Shown: positions 40,543 through 50,949 of the stretch, piece by piece
Layout of the letters: each line of letters opens with the position of its first letter
How positions within the stretch are numbered: position 1 is the stretch's first letter
Position numbers and translations under genes: made by a program
The notes under the pieces: model-generated
Seen by the model: the letters and a program-made list of their open reading frames with translations, nothing else
What the model was told of the DNA's origin: nothing
The model's database searches: none
Origin: Bacillota bacterium
Lineage (GTDB): Bacteria > Bacillota > JAAYKD01
Length of the DNA: 64,000 bases
Direction: 5' to 3'
Assembly: GCA_963666425.2 (NCBI GenBank)
Contig: OY762825.2
Span: 128,001 to 192,000, forward strand

Positions 40543-42522
40543 ATGCCCTATGAGTATATTGCGGCAGGTGTTGGCTTGATCGCCCTGCTTTACGCGTTTT
40601 ATCTTGCGCAAAACATTAGCAAACAGCCTGCTGGAAATGCCCGGATGCAGGAAATTGGCAATGCTATTCATGAAGGCGCCATGGCTTTTTTAGCTCGAGA
40701 GTATAAAACTCTGGTCTGGTTTATTCTTATTGTTTCATCGGCGATTGTTGCACTCGGTGTTTTTGCTCCGCAAATGATGAAACCGCAGACAGCGATTGCT
40801 TTTGTCTGCGGTTCTGTATGTTCTATCCTTTCTGGTTATTTCGGCATGATTGTCGCAACCAAGGCCAATGTGCGAACCGCTGAAGCAGCGAAGACGGGTC
40901 AAAGCAAAGCCCTGAAGATCGCCTTCAGCAGCGGAGCCGTGATGGGGATGTGCGTTGTGGGCCTGGGTTTACTCGGCGTTTCTATTCTTTATTTGATCTT
41001 CAAAGACCCGGATATTGTCAATGGTTTTGCTCTTGGCGCCAGCTCCATCGCGCTGTTTGCCCGCGTCGGCGGTGGTATTTATACCAAAGCGGCTGATGTC
41101 GGTGCCGATTTGGTGGGAAAAGTCGAAGCGGGAATTCCAGAGGATGACCCTCGTAACCCAGCAGTGATTGCTGATAACGTGGGCGATAATGTCGGCGATG
41201 TGGCCGGTATGGGTGCGGATCTTTTTGAATCGTTTGTCAGCTCCATTATTGCCGCCATATCGATTGCCTTCAGCAGCAAGTTAGGCAATCAGATGATTTT
41301 ATACCCACTCTTATTGGCTGCCATTGGGACTGCTGCTGCCATTATTGGCTCACGCTTTGTTACCTCCGGGGAAAGCAGCAATCCACAAAAAGCGCTCAAT
41401 CTGGGTTCATACGTTTCCGGTGGTTTGGTGATCATTGCTTCTGCCGTTTTTGCCTTGATCGGTTTGACGACCTGGAATATTTTCTTTGCAACCATTTCCG
41501 GCCTGATTGCCGGGATTGCCATCGGTTCAATCACTGAATATTATACTTCTTCTGAGTATAAACCGGTAAAAGGCGTGGCGGAAGCTTCTCAAACCGGCGC
41601 CGCTACCACCATTATCTCCGGTTTGGCTGTTGGTATGTATTCCACAGCGGCTCCTATTTTTCTGATCAGCATTGCTATATTAGTTGCTTATCATTTTGCC
41701 GGCTTGTTTGGCATTGCGCTCGCTGCAGTTGGTATGCTTTCGACGACCGGAATGACGGTTGCCGTCGATGCCTATGGTCCTGTCTCTGATAATGCCGGCG
41801 GGATTGCCGAAATGGCAGGCATGGACGAGAGTGTCCGTGCTATTACCGATCAATTGGACGCGGTTGGTAATACAACGGCTGCAATTGGCAAAGGCTTCGC
41901 CATCGGCTCTGCTGCCTTAACCGCTCTGTCTTTGGTCTCTGCTTTTGCAGCCAGCGTAAAACTGGATATGATCAATCTACTGGAACCCAATGTAATCGTC
42001 GGTTTATTTATTGGCGGTATGCTGCCGTTCTTGTTTGGCGCCCTGACCATGGAAGCAGTCAGCAAGGCTGCTCAGCAAATGATTATTGAGGTGCGCCGTC
42101 AGTTTAAGGAAATCCCCGGCATCATGGAAGGCAGCGGCAAACCGGATTATGCGCGCTGTGTCGATATTTCCACGACTGCTGCTTTGAAACAAATGGTTCT
42201 CCCCAGTTTGATTGCTGTCGTCAGTCCGATTGCTACCGGTCTTATTTTAGGTAAATACGCGGTAGCCGGCTTGCTGATGGGAGCTACCTTAACCGGCGTT
42301 TTACTGGCGATTCAGATGTCCAACTCAGGCGGTGCCTGGGATAATGCCAAGAAATTTATTGAAGGCGGCGCTTACGGCGGCAAAGGCACCCCTGCGCATG
42401 CAGCCGGTGTAGTCGGCGATACCGTTGGTGACCCTTTTAAAGATACCTCAGGTCCTTCGATGAATATTTTAATCAAGCTGATGTCGATCGTTGCTTTGAC
42501 CTTCAGCGGTATTTTCCTCTAG
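40543..42522 (+). CDS. hppA: Membrane-integral pyrophosphatase, K+-dependent, probably Na+-pumping
   Basis: [34 protein letters not shown]; GNTTAA (Ala = K+-dependent); DLFES gate glutamate. Confidence 0.95.
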   Translation: MPYEYIAAGVGLIALLYAFYLAQNISKQPAGNARMQEIGNAIHEGAMAFLAREYKTLVWFILIVSSAIVALGVFAPQMMKPQTAIAFVCGSVCSILSGYFGMIVATKANVRTAEAAKTGQSKALKIAFSSGAVMGMCVVGLGLLGVSILYLIFKDPDIVNGFALGASSIALFARVGGGIYTKAADVGADLVGKVEAGIPEDDPRNPAVIADNVGDNVGDVAGMGADLFESFVSSIIAAISIAFSSKLGNQMILYPLLLAAIGTAAAIIGSRFVTSGESSNPQKALNLGSYVSGGLVIIASAVFALIGLTTWNIFFATISGLIAGIAIGSITEYYTSSEYKPVKGVAEASQTGAATTIISGLAVGMYSTAAPIFLISIAILVAYHFAGLFGIALAAVGMLSTTGMTVAVDAYGPVSDNAGGIAEMAGMDESVRAITDQLDAVGNTTAAIGKGFAIGSAALTALSLVSAFAASVKLDMINLLEPNVIVGLFIGGMLPFLFGALTMEAVSKAAQQMIIEVRRQFKEIPGIMEGSGKPDYARCVDISTTAALKQMVLPSLIAVVSPIATGLILGKYAVAGLLMGATLTGVLLAIQMSNSGGAWDNAKKFIEGGAYGGKGTPAHAAGVVGDTVGDPFKDTSGPSMNILIKLMSIVALTFSGIFL

Positions 42523-42677
42523 TTTTTTCAAAAACCCGGATGTGCTCGATTTGAAACTTGAGCATCAGAAATTGCTCCTGTCTGCTTTAGTTCAGGAGCA
42601 ATTTCTTATTTCAAAGCGAGAATCCAATCTTTTTCTGCTCGGACTGCGATTTTTTATCCAAAGGAGTAAAGAACATC

Positions 42678-43910
42678 ATGAATCAAATCTTGGGTATTGC
42701 TGCAGCTTTCGTGTGTTTACCTTTCCTGACCCGGATTAAAAAACTCGGGTTTGGCGGCGCCTTAATGATCACCGGTTTGTTGATGAGTTTATTTGCCGGG
42801 ATTGATTTGGTCACCGTCAAAAATGCATTTCTTGGTGTGTTTACTTCCACCTCTCTGCAAAACAGTATGCTGGCCGTGATTATGATCGGGATGCTGGGAA
42901 CGATTCTCAAGCATTACGGTATCCTGGAGAAGATTGTACGCAACTTGGAAGTGATCATTCGCAACCCCAAAATCATCCTGATGATTCTGCCGGCTGTTTT
43001 AGGCATGCTGCCGGTTCCCGGAGGCGCCATGCTTTCCGCGCCTTTTGTCAAAGACATCGGAGACACACTGCATCTGCCGGCCAATCGCAGAACTGTGATC
43101 AATCTCTCTTTCCGTCATGTCGCCGCCATGTTTTTGGTACCCTTCAGTTCCAGCATGCTGCTGATTGATTCCATTTTACCGGAAATCGGTATTTATCATT
43201 TGATTCTCTTGAATATCCCGCTGGCGATTTTGTATGTTATTGCGGCTTATCAGCTTTTTTTACGCAGCGTGGCTTATGAACCCACAGTGCAGCAGGGTTC
43301 AGCGGTGGAAGCAGTGAAAAATTTAGTCATCAATTTTTTCCCGATCTATAGCATCGTTTTGATTAATATAATTTTTAGCTGCCCCATGTGGGTTTCTGTC
43401 TTGGTCAGTGTGATTTTGACCATTTTCTTGTGCGAAGAGAAAAGCACTTATTTGCAGACAGCTTGGAAAGGTGTTAACTTTAACACGCTCTATATGCTGA
43501 TTGGCGTCTACTTTGTTCAGAACCTGATTAAAAGTCAGGACGGTGTCATGAAGATGTGCGCCGATCTCTTTCTTGCCTCTTCCGGTTTTGGTGTGCTCCT
43601 GGTCATCATGCTGATTGCTGTTGTCTTAGGTTTGGCTACCGGCTTGAATCTGGTCAGCATGGGTATTCTGCTGCCTTTGATTCAGATGCTGCCGATCAGC
43701 GTGAATGAGAAACTGATCTACGTCTTCTTTGTCTGTGTTTGGGCGTTTATCGGCTATTACTATTCACCGCTGCATCTTTGCCAGATTTTGAGCAATTCTT
43801 ACATGGGCTGCAGTACGGGCGAAGCAACCAAGGAGAATATCAAACTGATGCCTGTCTTGGCGGTTGCCTCTTTTGCCTTGTTCTATTTCTATCGTTTGAT
43901 CCTGCTCTAG
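42678..43910 (+). CDS. DUF401-like integral membrane protein (putative transporter)
   Basis: Hydrophobic throughout; LPAVLGMLPVPGGA..SAP, FRH and SPLHLC motifs. Confidence 0.75.
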   Translation: MNQILGIAAAFVCLPFLTRIKKLGFGGALMITGLLMSLFAGIDLVTVKNAFLGVFTSTSLQNSMLAVIMIGMLGTILKHYGILEKIVRNLEVIIRNPKIILMILPAVLGMLPVPGGAMLSAPFVKDIGDTLHLPANRRTVINLSFRHVAAMFLVPFSSSMLLIDSILPEIGIYHLILLNIPLAILYVIAAYQLFLRSVAYEPTVQQGSAVEAVKNLVINFFPIYSIVLINIIFSCPMWVSVLVSVILTIFLCEEKSTYLQTAWKGVNFNTLYMLIGVYFVQNLIKSQDGVMKMCADLFLASSGFGVLLVIMLIAVVLGLATGLNLVSMGILLPLIQMLPISVNEKLIYVFFVCVWAFIGYYYSPLHLCQILSNSYMGCSTGEATKENIKLMPVLAVASFALFYFYRLILL

Positions 43911-43951
43911 CAGATCGTGTTTAATTTCTGCCCGAATTACTTTTAGTTCAT

Positions 43952-44024
43952 AAAAAAATGCCGGGTTGCCGGCAGTGCGGCTCTTTTATAAATGAGCTTG
44001 CACTGCCGATCACCCGGCTTTTTT
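43952..44024. terminator. Bidirectional terminator between the DUF401-like gene and upp
   Basis: A7-GCCGGG.TG.CGGCAGTGC...GCACTGCCG.TCACCCGGC-T6 between convergent genes. Confidence 0.75.
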
Positions 44025-44052
44025 ACTAAATAATCCAGTGTATTGCAGCTGT

Positions 44053-44685
44053 TTAAAGAGTACCGTAGAGACGATCACCGGCATCACCTAAACCAGGCAC
44101 AATATATCCGTTTTCATTCAAGCGTTCATCGATCGCACCGCAGATAATTTCTACATCCGGATGCGCTTTTTCTACAACAGCAATTCCTTCCGGTGCCGCT
44201 ATAATGCAAACGAGTTTAATTCTTTGTGCACCGTGTCGCTTCATTAATGTAATAGCAGCCGCGGAGCTGCCGCCGGTAGCCAGCATGGGATCCAGTAAAA
44301 GAACCTGACGTTCGGCGATATCCGGCGGCAGTTTACAGTAATATTCAACCGGTTCCAAGGTTTCGTGATTGCGGTAGAGACCAATGTGCCCGATTTTAGC
44401 CGCGGGAATCAGACTCATCATAGCATCGACCATGCCAAGACCGGCACGCAGAATCGGAACCAAAGCAACCTGTTTATCGATGAAATGGCCGGTAGTTTCG
44501 CAGATGGGTGTCGTGATTGCTTTTTCTACCAAGGTCAGGTCGCGGGTTGCTTCATAACCCAAGAGCAGAGCCACTTCGTAAACCAATTCGCGGAATTCTT
44601 TGACTGTGGTTGTTCTGTCACGCATCATGGAGATTTTGTGTTGAATCAATGGATGACTCATTTGGTGCACGTGATTGCAGATCAT
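44053..44685 (-). CDS. upp: Uracil phosphoribosyltransferase
   Basis: [42 protein letters not shown]. Confidence 0.98.
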   Translation of the reverse strand: MICNHVHQMSHPLIQHKISMMRDRTTTVKEFRELVYEVALLLGYEATRDLTLVEKAITTPICETTGHFIDKQVALVPILRAGLGMVDAMMSLIPAAKIGHIGLYRNHETLEPVEYYCKLPPDIAERQVLLLDPMLATGGSSAAAITLMKRHGAQRIKLVCIIAAPEGIAVVEKAHPDVEIICGAIDERLNENGYIVPGLGDAGDRLYGTL

Positions 44686-44784
44686 TTTACTGATTACCCC
44701 TTTTCCTAAATTATATTATCCGGTAATTCAATGTTTGTCACATCTGCCGGAAAGAAAAACATGAGTGATGTTTTGAAAAATAAT

Positions 44785-44812
44785 CTTCGACAGCAGTTTT
44801 TGCAATTCCTTT
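44785..44812 (-). promoter_or_regulatory. SigH-like promoter upstream of upp
   Basis: Minus strand AAAGGAATT-N12-GTCGAAG. Confidence 0.4.
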
Positions 44813-44915
44813 AAAATAAATAGTATGATTCAGCAAAGAAGAGGAGTGCAGTTGAATCTGACTGCTTCAGAAACCGTTAAGGCAGTACGGCAAATGAGTA
44901 TTTTCCCTTTATGGC

Positions 44916-44962
44916 AAAAGAAATACTGCGCTTACCAAAATATAAGCGCAGTATTTCTTTTT
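44916..44962 (-). terminator. Terminator after the PBP1A gene
   Basis: AAAAGAAATACTGCGCTTA...TAAGCGCAGTATTTCTTTT 19-bp stem. Confidence 0.75.
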
Positions 44963-47384
44963 AGTGTCCGCCTGGATTGGTTGGTTTTTCTGGTTTGGTG
45001 GGGTCTGTCACGGGGGGTTCTGTTACAACCGGATCGGCAGACGTAAACGTTTTTGGTACCTCCAAAGCAGCATCAGCAGGATAATTGCCATAGGGCAGGG
45101 GATACGGCAAGGGCTGCGGCCGCTGAATGAACACTTGTACTGAAACATATTTCGCTGGTGTGGAAGGTAAAGCCAATAACCCATTGCGCGTATCGATTTT
45201 AACCTGCACATGTGTGGAACAGATATCGTTGACGGCAGGGGCGCTGCCTTTGATAAAGATTTCCGTAACGATTTCATCAGCGGGGCAGATTGAGGAAGGC
45301 CGTTTTCCGGAAACACTGCAAACCTGAACTGTCTCAATTTCGCTGGGCGCGCTCCAATCACGCAGGGGAAGATTGGTGTGAATTGTCGCCATGAATTGTT
45401 GCCAAATCTTTGGCGCCAGACCGCTGCCGTATAAATCAGTCATCGGAGTTTGCTCATCATGACCAATCCAGACTGTGGCTGCGTAATCCTTGGTATAACC
45501 GCAGAACCAGAGATCGTTAAAATCGTCGGTTGTACCGGATTTGGCTGCCACAGCACGATCTCCCAAGCGACCGAGACGGCCGGTGCCGTAGGGCAGGGAA
45601 ACAACTGTTTTTAATAAGTCGGTCATGATATAAGCGGTTTTCTCATCCAGCACAGCAGTCCGATGCGCTGTGTTTTTATAAATTGTCACACCATTCTTAT
45701 CTTTGACTTCCAACACCGCAATTGGATCGGTTTTCACCCCATTGTTGGCGAAAGTGGCATAAGCAGTCGTCATTTCTAAAACATTGACACCGCTCGTTAA
45801 ACCGCCAATCGCGGCAGAGAGGGATTGATCGGCAGAAACCAAAGAGGTGAGGCCCATGCTTTTGGCAAAGGAGAGGCACTTATCGATACCGACCAGCTGC
45901 ATTGTTTTAATGGCAGGAATGTTCTCCGACCTGGCCAGTGCTTCCCGTACGGAGATCAAACCGAAATATAAATCATCAAAATTGGTAGGCTGCCAGGGTT
46001 CTCCTGTATAAGTGGGGTAGGAAGTAGGCACGTCGTCGAAAACAGTGGCTGCGGTAATCACACCGGCAGCAATACCGGGTGCATAGTCGATGATTGGTTT
46101 GATGGAGGAACCCGGTTGCCTGAGTGAATCGGTTGCTCTGTTCCAAGCACCGATGGTATTTTTAGGATATTCTCTGCCGCCGGACATGGCTACAATGTAG
46201 CCGGTTTCCGGTTCAATTACGACGGCTGCTGCCTGACGTTGATAAATCCCCTCTGCATTCTGCGCCGTATAGGGGCTGAGTTTATCGGCAATCGCCTGGT
46301 CCACGGCAGCCTGCGCATCGGCATCCAGGGTGGTATAAATTTTCAGACCGTAGGTTTGGATCGCTGTATTAGCATCTTTTTCGGAGCCGTAATAAGATTT
46401 GAGCAAAGAAGGCAATTCCTCCAAGACATAATCAGCAAAGTAGGTGGAAGTAAAAGCGGAAGAACGAACTTGTTCCAAGCCCGCTAATTTAATTTCATAC
46501 GCTTTGGCTTCCGCAGCTTCTTCTTTACTGATCGCACCTTCCTTCAGCATCAAATCCAGCAGCATTTCCTGCATAAATTTAGCGGTTTCATAATTATTAT
46601 AAGGCGAGTACTGATTGGGAGAGGGGATGATGGCAACCAACATGGCGGACTCAGCTAAATTCAAATCTTTGGCGTCTTTGCCAAAATAGAGCTGCGAACC
46701 CGCTTGCACTCCCTGCGCCCAATGGCCAAAGAAAATTTGATTCAAATAGAAACAAAGGATTTCATCTTTGGTGTAGAGGTTTTCTAATTTCAGCGCTAAA
46801 GCCATTTCGCGTAGTTTGCGAGCCATGCTGACATCTAAAGTCAGGTAAACATTTCGTGCCAACTGTTGAGTAATCGAGCTGCCGCCGCCTGCTTTACCAA
46901 GGGTAACAATTGCCCGCAACGTACCGGAGATATTGATGCCATGATGCTGATAGAAGGTCTTGTCTTCGGAAATGACGATCGCTTTTTTGATCCAAGGTGA
47001 GATCTGATCAAAATCAACAGGCAGTCGATAATCTTCTCCATCGAATAAGGAAAGCAGCACTTCGCCTTCAGAGTCGTAAATGGTGGAAGCTGCAGCCGGA
47101 TTGGCTAGCTTATCCGGATCCAGGGCTGGCAAATCCTGCAGCACAGCATAAGCCCAGCCCACACCGATGCCGCCTGCCAGACAAGCGACTAAAAGAAATG
47201 TAATGAAGATTTTTTTCAGCATCGAACCGTTGCGAAACTTTTTTGCCAGTGCACTACCTCGCACTTTTTCCAGAAAGGCAGACTTTTTCATGCTGTTCAA
47301 CCAAGAATTTTTTTGATCTTTCTGAGGTTTTTTCTTTTTGGCTAAAATGACCGTAGTTTTATCATTTACTTCGGAACTCATCAC
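44961..47384 (-). CDS. Class A penicillin-binding protein (PBP1A family)
   Basis: TM anchor; transglycosylase ED..F..H.G, GGSSITQQL, RKLRE; transpeptidase SSIK, SEN, KSG. Confidence 0.95.
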   Translation of the reverse strand: MMSSEVNDKTTVILAKKKKPQKDQKNSWLNSMKKSAFLEKVRGSALAKKFRNGSMLKKIFITFLLVACLAGGIGVGWAYAVLQDLPALDPDKLANPAAASTIYDSEGEVLLSLFDGEDYRLPVDFDQISPWIKKAIVISEDKTFYQHHGINISGTLRAIVTLGKAGGGSSITQQLARNVYLTLDVSMARKLREMALALKLENLYTKDEILCFYLNQIFFGHWAQGVQAGSQLYFGKDAKDLNLAESAMLVAIIPSPNQYSPYNNYETAKFMQEMLLDLMLKEGAISKEEAAEAKAYEIKLAGLEQVRSSAFTSTYFADYVLEELPSLLKSYYGSEKDANTAIQTYGLKIYTTLDADAQAAVDQAIADKLSPYTAQNAEGIYQRQAAAVVIEPETGYIVAMSGGREYPKNTIGAWNRATDSLRQPGSSIKPIIDYAPGIAAGVITAATVFDDVPTSYPTYTGEPWQPTNFDDLYFGLISVREALARSENIPAIKTMQLVGIDKCLSFAKSMGLTSLVSADQSLSAAIGGLTSGVNVLEMTTAYATFANNGVKTDPIAVLEVKDKNGVTIYKNTAHRTAVLDEKTAYIMTDLLKTVVSLPYGTGRLGRLGDRAVAAKSGTTDDFNDLWFCGYTKDYAATVWIGHDEQTPMTDLYGSGLAPKIWQQFMATIHTNLPLRDWSAPSEIETVQVCSVSGKRPSSICPADEIVTEIFIKGSAPAVNDICSTHVQVKIDTRNGLLALPSTPAKYVSVQVFIQRPQPLPYPLPYGNYPADAALEVPKTFTSADPVVTEPPVTDPTKPEKPTNPGGH

Positions 47385-47414
47385 AGTTTCCTCCTTTAGG
47401 AAGTAATCCTCATG

Positions 47415-47443
47415 ATTATACCATAACAGGCGAAAAAGACCAA
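47415..47443 (-). promoter_or_regulatory. SigA promoter of the PBP1A gene
   Basis: Minus strand TTGGTC-N17-TATAAT with extended -10 TG. Confidence 0.65.
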
Positions 47444-47485
47444 GCTGAAATTTTATTTTCGTAGGACTACTTATGCCCGCATTGA

Positions 47486-47512
47486 GAAGGAGTTTAGCGC
47501 TCTTTGCAGAAT
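47486..47512 (+). promoter_or_regulatory. SigH-like promoter upstream of ylbF-yebC-ruv
   Basis: GAAGGAGTT-N11-GCAGAAT. Confidence 0.5.
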
Positions 47513-47558
47513 TTACACAGGTAAACCTTTGTTAAGATGATTTAGAGGAGTGAAATGA

Positions 47559-47903
47559 ATGAATCCCTATGATAAAGCCAATGAGTTAGCGGATGCGCTG
47601 CGCCAACAAGCGGATCTCCAGCAAATGAAAAAGCTTAAAATACGAATTCAGAATAATGCTGCCGCCAAAGCCATGATGGATGATTTCTTTGAGCGCCAAC
47701 AGACGTTGATGAAGTTATATCAATCCGGTGTCGTCCCCGACCAAGCCAAGATGGATGAAGTAGAAAAACTGATGCAGATTATGTCGGGTAATTCTTTATG
47801 TAAAGAATATATCGAATTAGAAATGCGGATCGCGCAAATGATGAACGAGATACAGAAAATTTTAGCCGAAGCAGTCAAAGAAGCGACTTGGATCAATCAA
47901 TAA
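47559..47903 (+). CDS. YlbF/YmcA/YheA-family small helical regulator
   Basis: MNPYDKANELA start, all-helical, 114 aa. Confidence 0.8.
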   Translation: MNPYDKANELADALRQQADLQQMKKLKIRIQNNAAAKAMMDDFFERQQTLMKLYQSGVVPDQAKMDEVEKLMQIMSGNSLCKEYIELEMRIAQMMNEIQKILAEAVKEATWINQ

Positions 47904-47921
47904 GAAAAGGGGATTTTTAAA

Positions 47922-48668
47922 ATGTCAGGACATTCGAAGTGGGCAACCATCAAACGGGCCAAAGGAAAAGTAGACGCAGCCAGAGGGAAAGCGTTTGCGG
48001 TCATCTCCAAAGAAATCATCGTGGCTGCCAGGACCGGCGGACCCAATCCGGAATTTAACGCAAGATTGAAAGTGCTGATTCAAAAGGCCAAAGAAAGCAA
48101 TATGCCGAATGATAACATACAGAGAGCGATCCTAAGAGGCAGTGGTCAGATCGACGGAGCCAATTACGAAGAGCTGACCTATGAAGGTTATGCCCCCGGT
48201 GGTGTCGCGATCATCGTGGAAGTTTTGACTGATAATCGTAACCGTGCTGCCGGTGATATCAGACATGTCTTTGATAAGTATGGCGGCAATATGGGTGAAA
48301 CCGGCAGCGTCAGTTGGATGTTTCAGAGAAAAGGTTTGCTGGTAATCGACCGTGAAGAATTCGAGCTCAGCGAAGATGAAATGCTGATGCAGGTATTGGA
48401 TGCCGGTGGCGACGATATGCAGACGACAGAGGATTCTTTCGAAGTTTATACAGCTCCCGATGATTTTGAACGGGTAAAAGAGGCGCTGGAAGCCGCTAAG
48501 TTCACGTTCCTGTTGGCCGAAATTACCCAGATTCCCAGCAGTAAAATTGAAATTGATGCAGAACAATTACCGAAATTAAAAAAACTGTTAGCGATGATGG
48601 AAGAATGTGACGATGTCCAGAATGTCTATGACAATGCTGATTACGAAGAGGAAGAAGAAGAGGAATAA
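47922..48668 (+). CDS. yebC: YebC/PmpR family protein
   Basis: MSGHSKWATIK, YEGYAPGG, LTDNRNR, DDVQNVY. Confidence 0.97.
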   Translation: MSGHSKWATIKRAKGKVDAARGKAFAVISKEIIVAARTGGPNPEFNARLKVLIQKAKESNMPNDNIQRAILRGSGQIDGANYEELTYEGYAPGGVAIIVEVLTDNRNRAAGDIRHVFDKYGGNMGETGSVSWMFQRKGLLVIDREEFELSEDEMLMQVLDAGGDDMQTTEDSFEVYTAPDDFERVKEALEAAKFTFLLAEITQIPSSKIEIDAEQLPKLKKLLAMMEECDDVQNVYDNADYEEEEEEE

Positions 48669-48732
48669 TAAAGCAGCGGGGGAGATGGTTTAACCCACTC
48701 CCCTGTTGTTTCATTAAAAATGAGGAGTTTCT

Positions 48733-49224
48733 ATGATAGTATTAGGCATCGATCCCGGCATAGCCATTACCGGTTACGCTGTGCTGGAAGGGGACGAAGC
48801 ACAGATGAAACCTCTCTGTTACGGCAGTATCGAAACACCTTCCAGCCAATCTACTTCAGAACGCCTGGCGACGATCTACAGCGAAATCAATCGAATTATC
48901 CTGGCCTACCACCCGGTTGAAATTGCTGTCGAAGAACTTTTTTTTAGTCGGAATGTCACCACCGCGCTGATCGTAGGACAGGCTCGGGGGGTTGTTTTAT
49001 TGTCGGCACAACAGCAGGGACTGCGCCTGACGGAATATAAACCGATGGAGGTCAAGTTAGCGGTCAGCGGTTATGGCGCTGCCACAAAGCAGCAGGTCCA
49101 GCAAATGGTGAAACGTTTACTGGCGTTAAAGGAAATTCCAAAACCGGATGATACCGCCGACGCTCTGGCCATCGCGATCTGTCATTTGCAATCGCGCAAA
49201 TTGAAAAGCCTGGGAATGCGATAA
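48733..49224 (+). CDS. ruvC: Holliday junction resolvase
   Basis: LGIDPG, EELFF, QARGV, PDD.ADALAIAICH. Confidence 0.97.
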   Translation: MIVLGIDPGIAITGYAVLEGDEAQMKPLCYGSIETPSSQSTSERLATIYSEINRIILAYHPVEIAVEELFFSRNVTTALIVGQARGVVLLSAQQQGLRLTEYKPMEVKLAVSGYGAATKQQVQQMVKRLLALKEIPKPDDTADALAIAICHLQSRKLKSLGMR

Positions 49225-49245
49225 AACGGTAAGGAGGATAAAAGC

Positions 49246-49857
49246 ATGCTTGCTTACATCAGAGGAAAACTCATTGCATCTCAAAGCGGGACCTGTGTGG
49301 TTGAAGCAGGCGGATTTGGTTTACGCCTTTTTACACCGGTCACAGAGGATTATCAACGCTTGAAATGTAATGAAACGATTTTCTTGTATACGCATTTGCA
49401 TCAAAAAGAAGATGGTTCTTCGCTTTATGGCTTCCTGACGGAAGAAGAGCAGAAACTCTTTCTGCTGCTGATTTCGGTTGCCGGTATCGGTCCAAAAAAC
49501 GGTCTGAATATCCTGTCTTTTGCTGCTCCGTCGCAGATTTACTGGTGGCTGATCAATGAAGACGCTGCCCAGTTAAAAAAAGCGCCGGGGATCGGGGTCA
49601 AGACAGCGCAGCGCCTGATTTTAGAATTGAAGAACAAAGTCGGCAGCCTAAATCTCAGCCCGCAAGGGAAAAGCGCCGCTTTTACGGAAGGCAGCTTTGC
49701 AGAATCAGCGGCTGGTCAAGCCATTGAGGCGCTGATCACTTTAGGTTATGATCAAAGAGAAGCGACGAAACAAATAAATCTTGTTCTGGAGACAAAGCCG
49801 AATGCGCCAGTGGAAGCATTGATTAAAGACGCCTTGCGCTTACTGATGCGCTTTTAG
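49246..49857 (+). CDS. ruvA: Holliday junction branch migration protein RuvA
   Basis: LYGF, HhH motifs GIGPK and PGIGVKTAQR, EALITLGY. Confidence 0.96.
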   Translation: MLAYIRGKLIASQSGTCVVEAGGFGLRLFTPVTEDYQRLKCNETIFLYTHLHQKEDGSSLYGFLTEEEQKLFLLLISVAGIGPKNGLNILSFAAPSQIYWWLINEDAAQLKKAPGIGVKTAQRLILELKNKVGSLNLSPQGKSAAFTEGSFAESAAGQAIEALITLGYDQREATKQINLVLETKPNAPVEALIKDALRLLMRF

Positions 49858-49878
49858 CATGAGAGGGGAGGAATTGTT

Positions 49879-50934
49879 TTGTCAGAAGAACGCATTTTGA
49901 CAGCAAACGAATTACCGGAAGAAGAACTGATGGAAAAATCGCTGCGGCCGCGCTATCTGAAAGAATACATCGGCCAGAATAAAGCCAAGGACAATCTCTC
50001 CGTTTTCGTCAAAGCCGCTGTGCAGCGTAAAGAAGCACTGGATCATGTTCTGCTCTATGGGCCGCCGGGTTTGGGTAAAACGACGCTCGCTCATATCCTG
50101 GCCAATGAATTGGGTGTGAACCTGCGCATGACCTCCGGACCGGCGATTGAACGAGCGGGAGATTTGGCTGCTTTGCTGACGAACTTGGGACCATGCGATG
50201 TTTTTTTTATTGATGAAATTCATCGGCTCAATCATATCGCGGAAGAAGTGCTCTATTCCGCTATGGAAGATTACGCCATTGATATTGTAGTTGGCAAAGG
50301 GCCCAGCGCCCGTTCGATTCGAATTGATCTGCAGCCCTTTACACTGATTGGCGCCACTACACGCTTCGGTTTTCTTTCCCCGCCTCTGCGCGATCGCTTC
50401 GGTGTGATCTGCCGCATGGAATTTTATAATGAAGAACAGCTGCAGGAAGTTGTGCTGCGCTCCGCAAAAATCATGCAGGTTGACATTGACCTGCAGGGTG
50501 CCAAGGAAATTGCCCGCAGATCACGCGGTACCCCGCGGATCGCCAACCGCTTGCTGAAACGGGTGCGCGATTTTGCGCAGATTCAAGGCAATGGCTGCAT
50601 CACCCGTGAATTGGCGGATTATGCGCTGCGCATGCTGGAAGTAGACGACAAAGGTTTTGATCGGATTGACCGCATGTATTTGACTGCGGCAATTCAGCAT
50701 TATAACGGCGGACCGGTAGGCGTGGAAACACTGGCTGCCTCGATTCAGGAAGAAACGGAAACTTTGGAAGACGTCATTGAACCTTATCTGATGCAAATCG
50801 GCTATGTGCAGCGAACTCCGCGCGGCAGAGTCATCACCAAAGCGGCTTACGAATTTTTAGGCCTGGCTTACCACGAACCGGCTGACGCCGAGAAGGCAGA
50901 GACGCCCGAAGCAAGCCAAATTAAGCTTTTTTGA
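49879..50934 (+). CDS. ruvB: Holliday junction branch migration helicase RuvB
   Basis: [33 protein letters not shown]. Confidence 0.98.
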   Translation: MSEERILTANELPEEELMEKSLRPRYLKEYIGQNKAKDNLSVFVKAAVQRKEALDHVLLYGPPGLGKTTLAHILANELGVNLRMTSGPAIERAGDLAALLTNLGPCDVFFIDEIHRLNHIAEEVLYSAMEDYAIDIVVGKGPSARSIRIDLQPFTLIGATTRFGFLSPPLRDRFGVICRMEFYNEEQLQEVVLRSAKIMQVDIDLQGAKEIARRSRGTPRIANRLLKRVRDFAQIQGNGCITRELADYALRMLEVDDKGFDRIDRMYLTAAIQHYNGGPVGVETLAASIQEETETLEDVIEPYLMQIGYVQRTPRGRVITKAAYEFLGLAYHEPADAEKAETPEASQIKLF

Positions 50935-50949
50935 GCAAAGGAGATTGGG

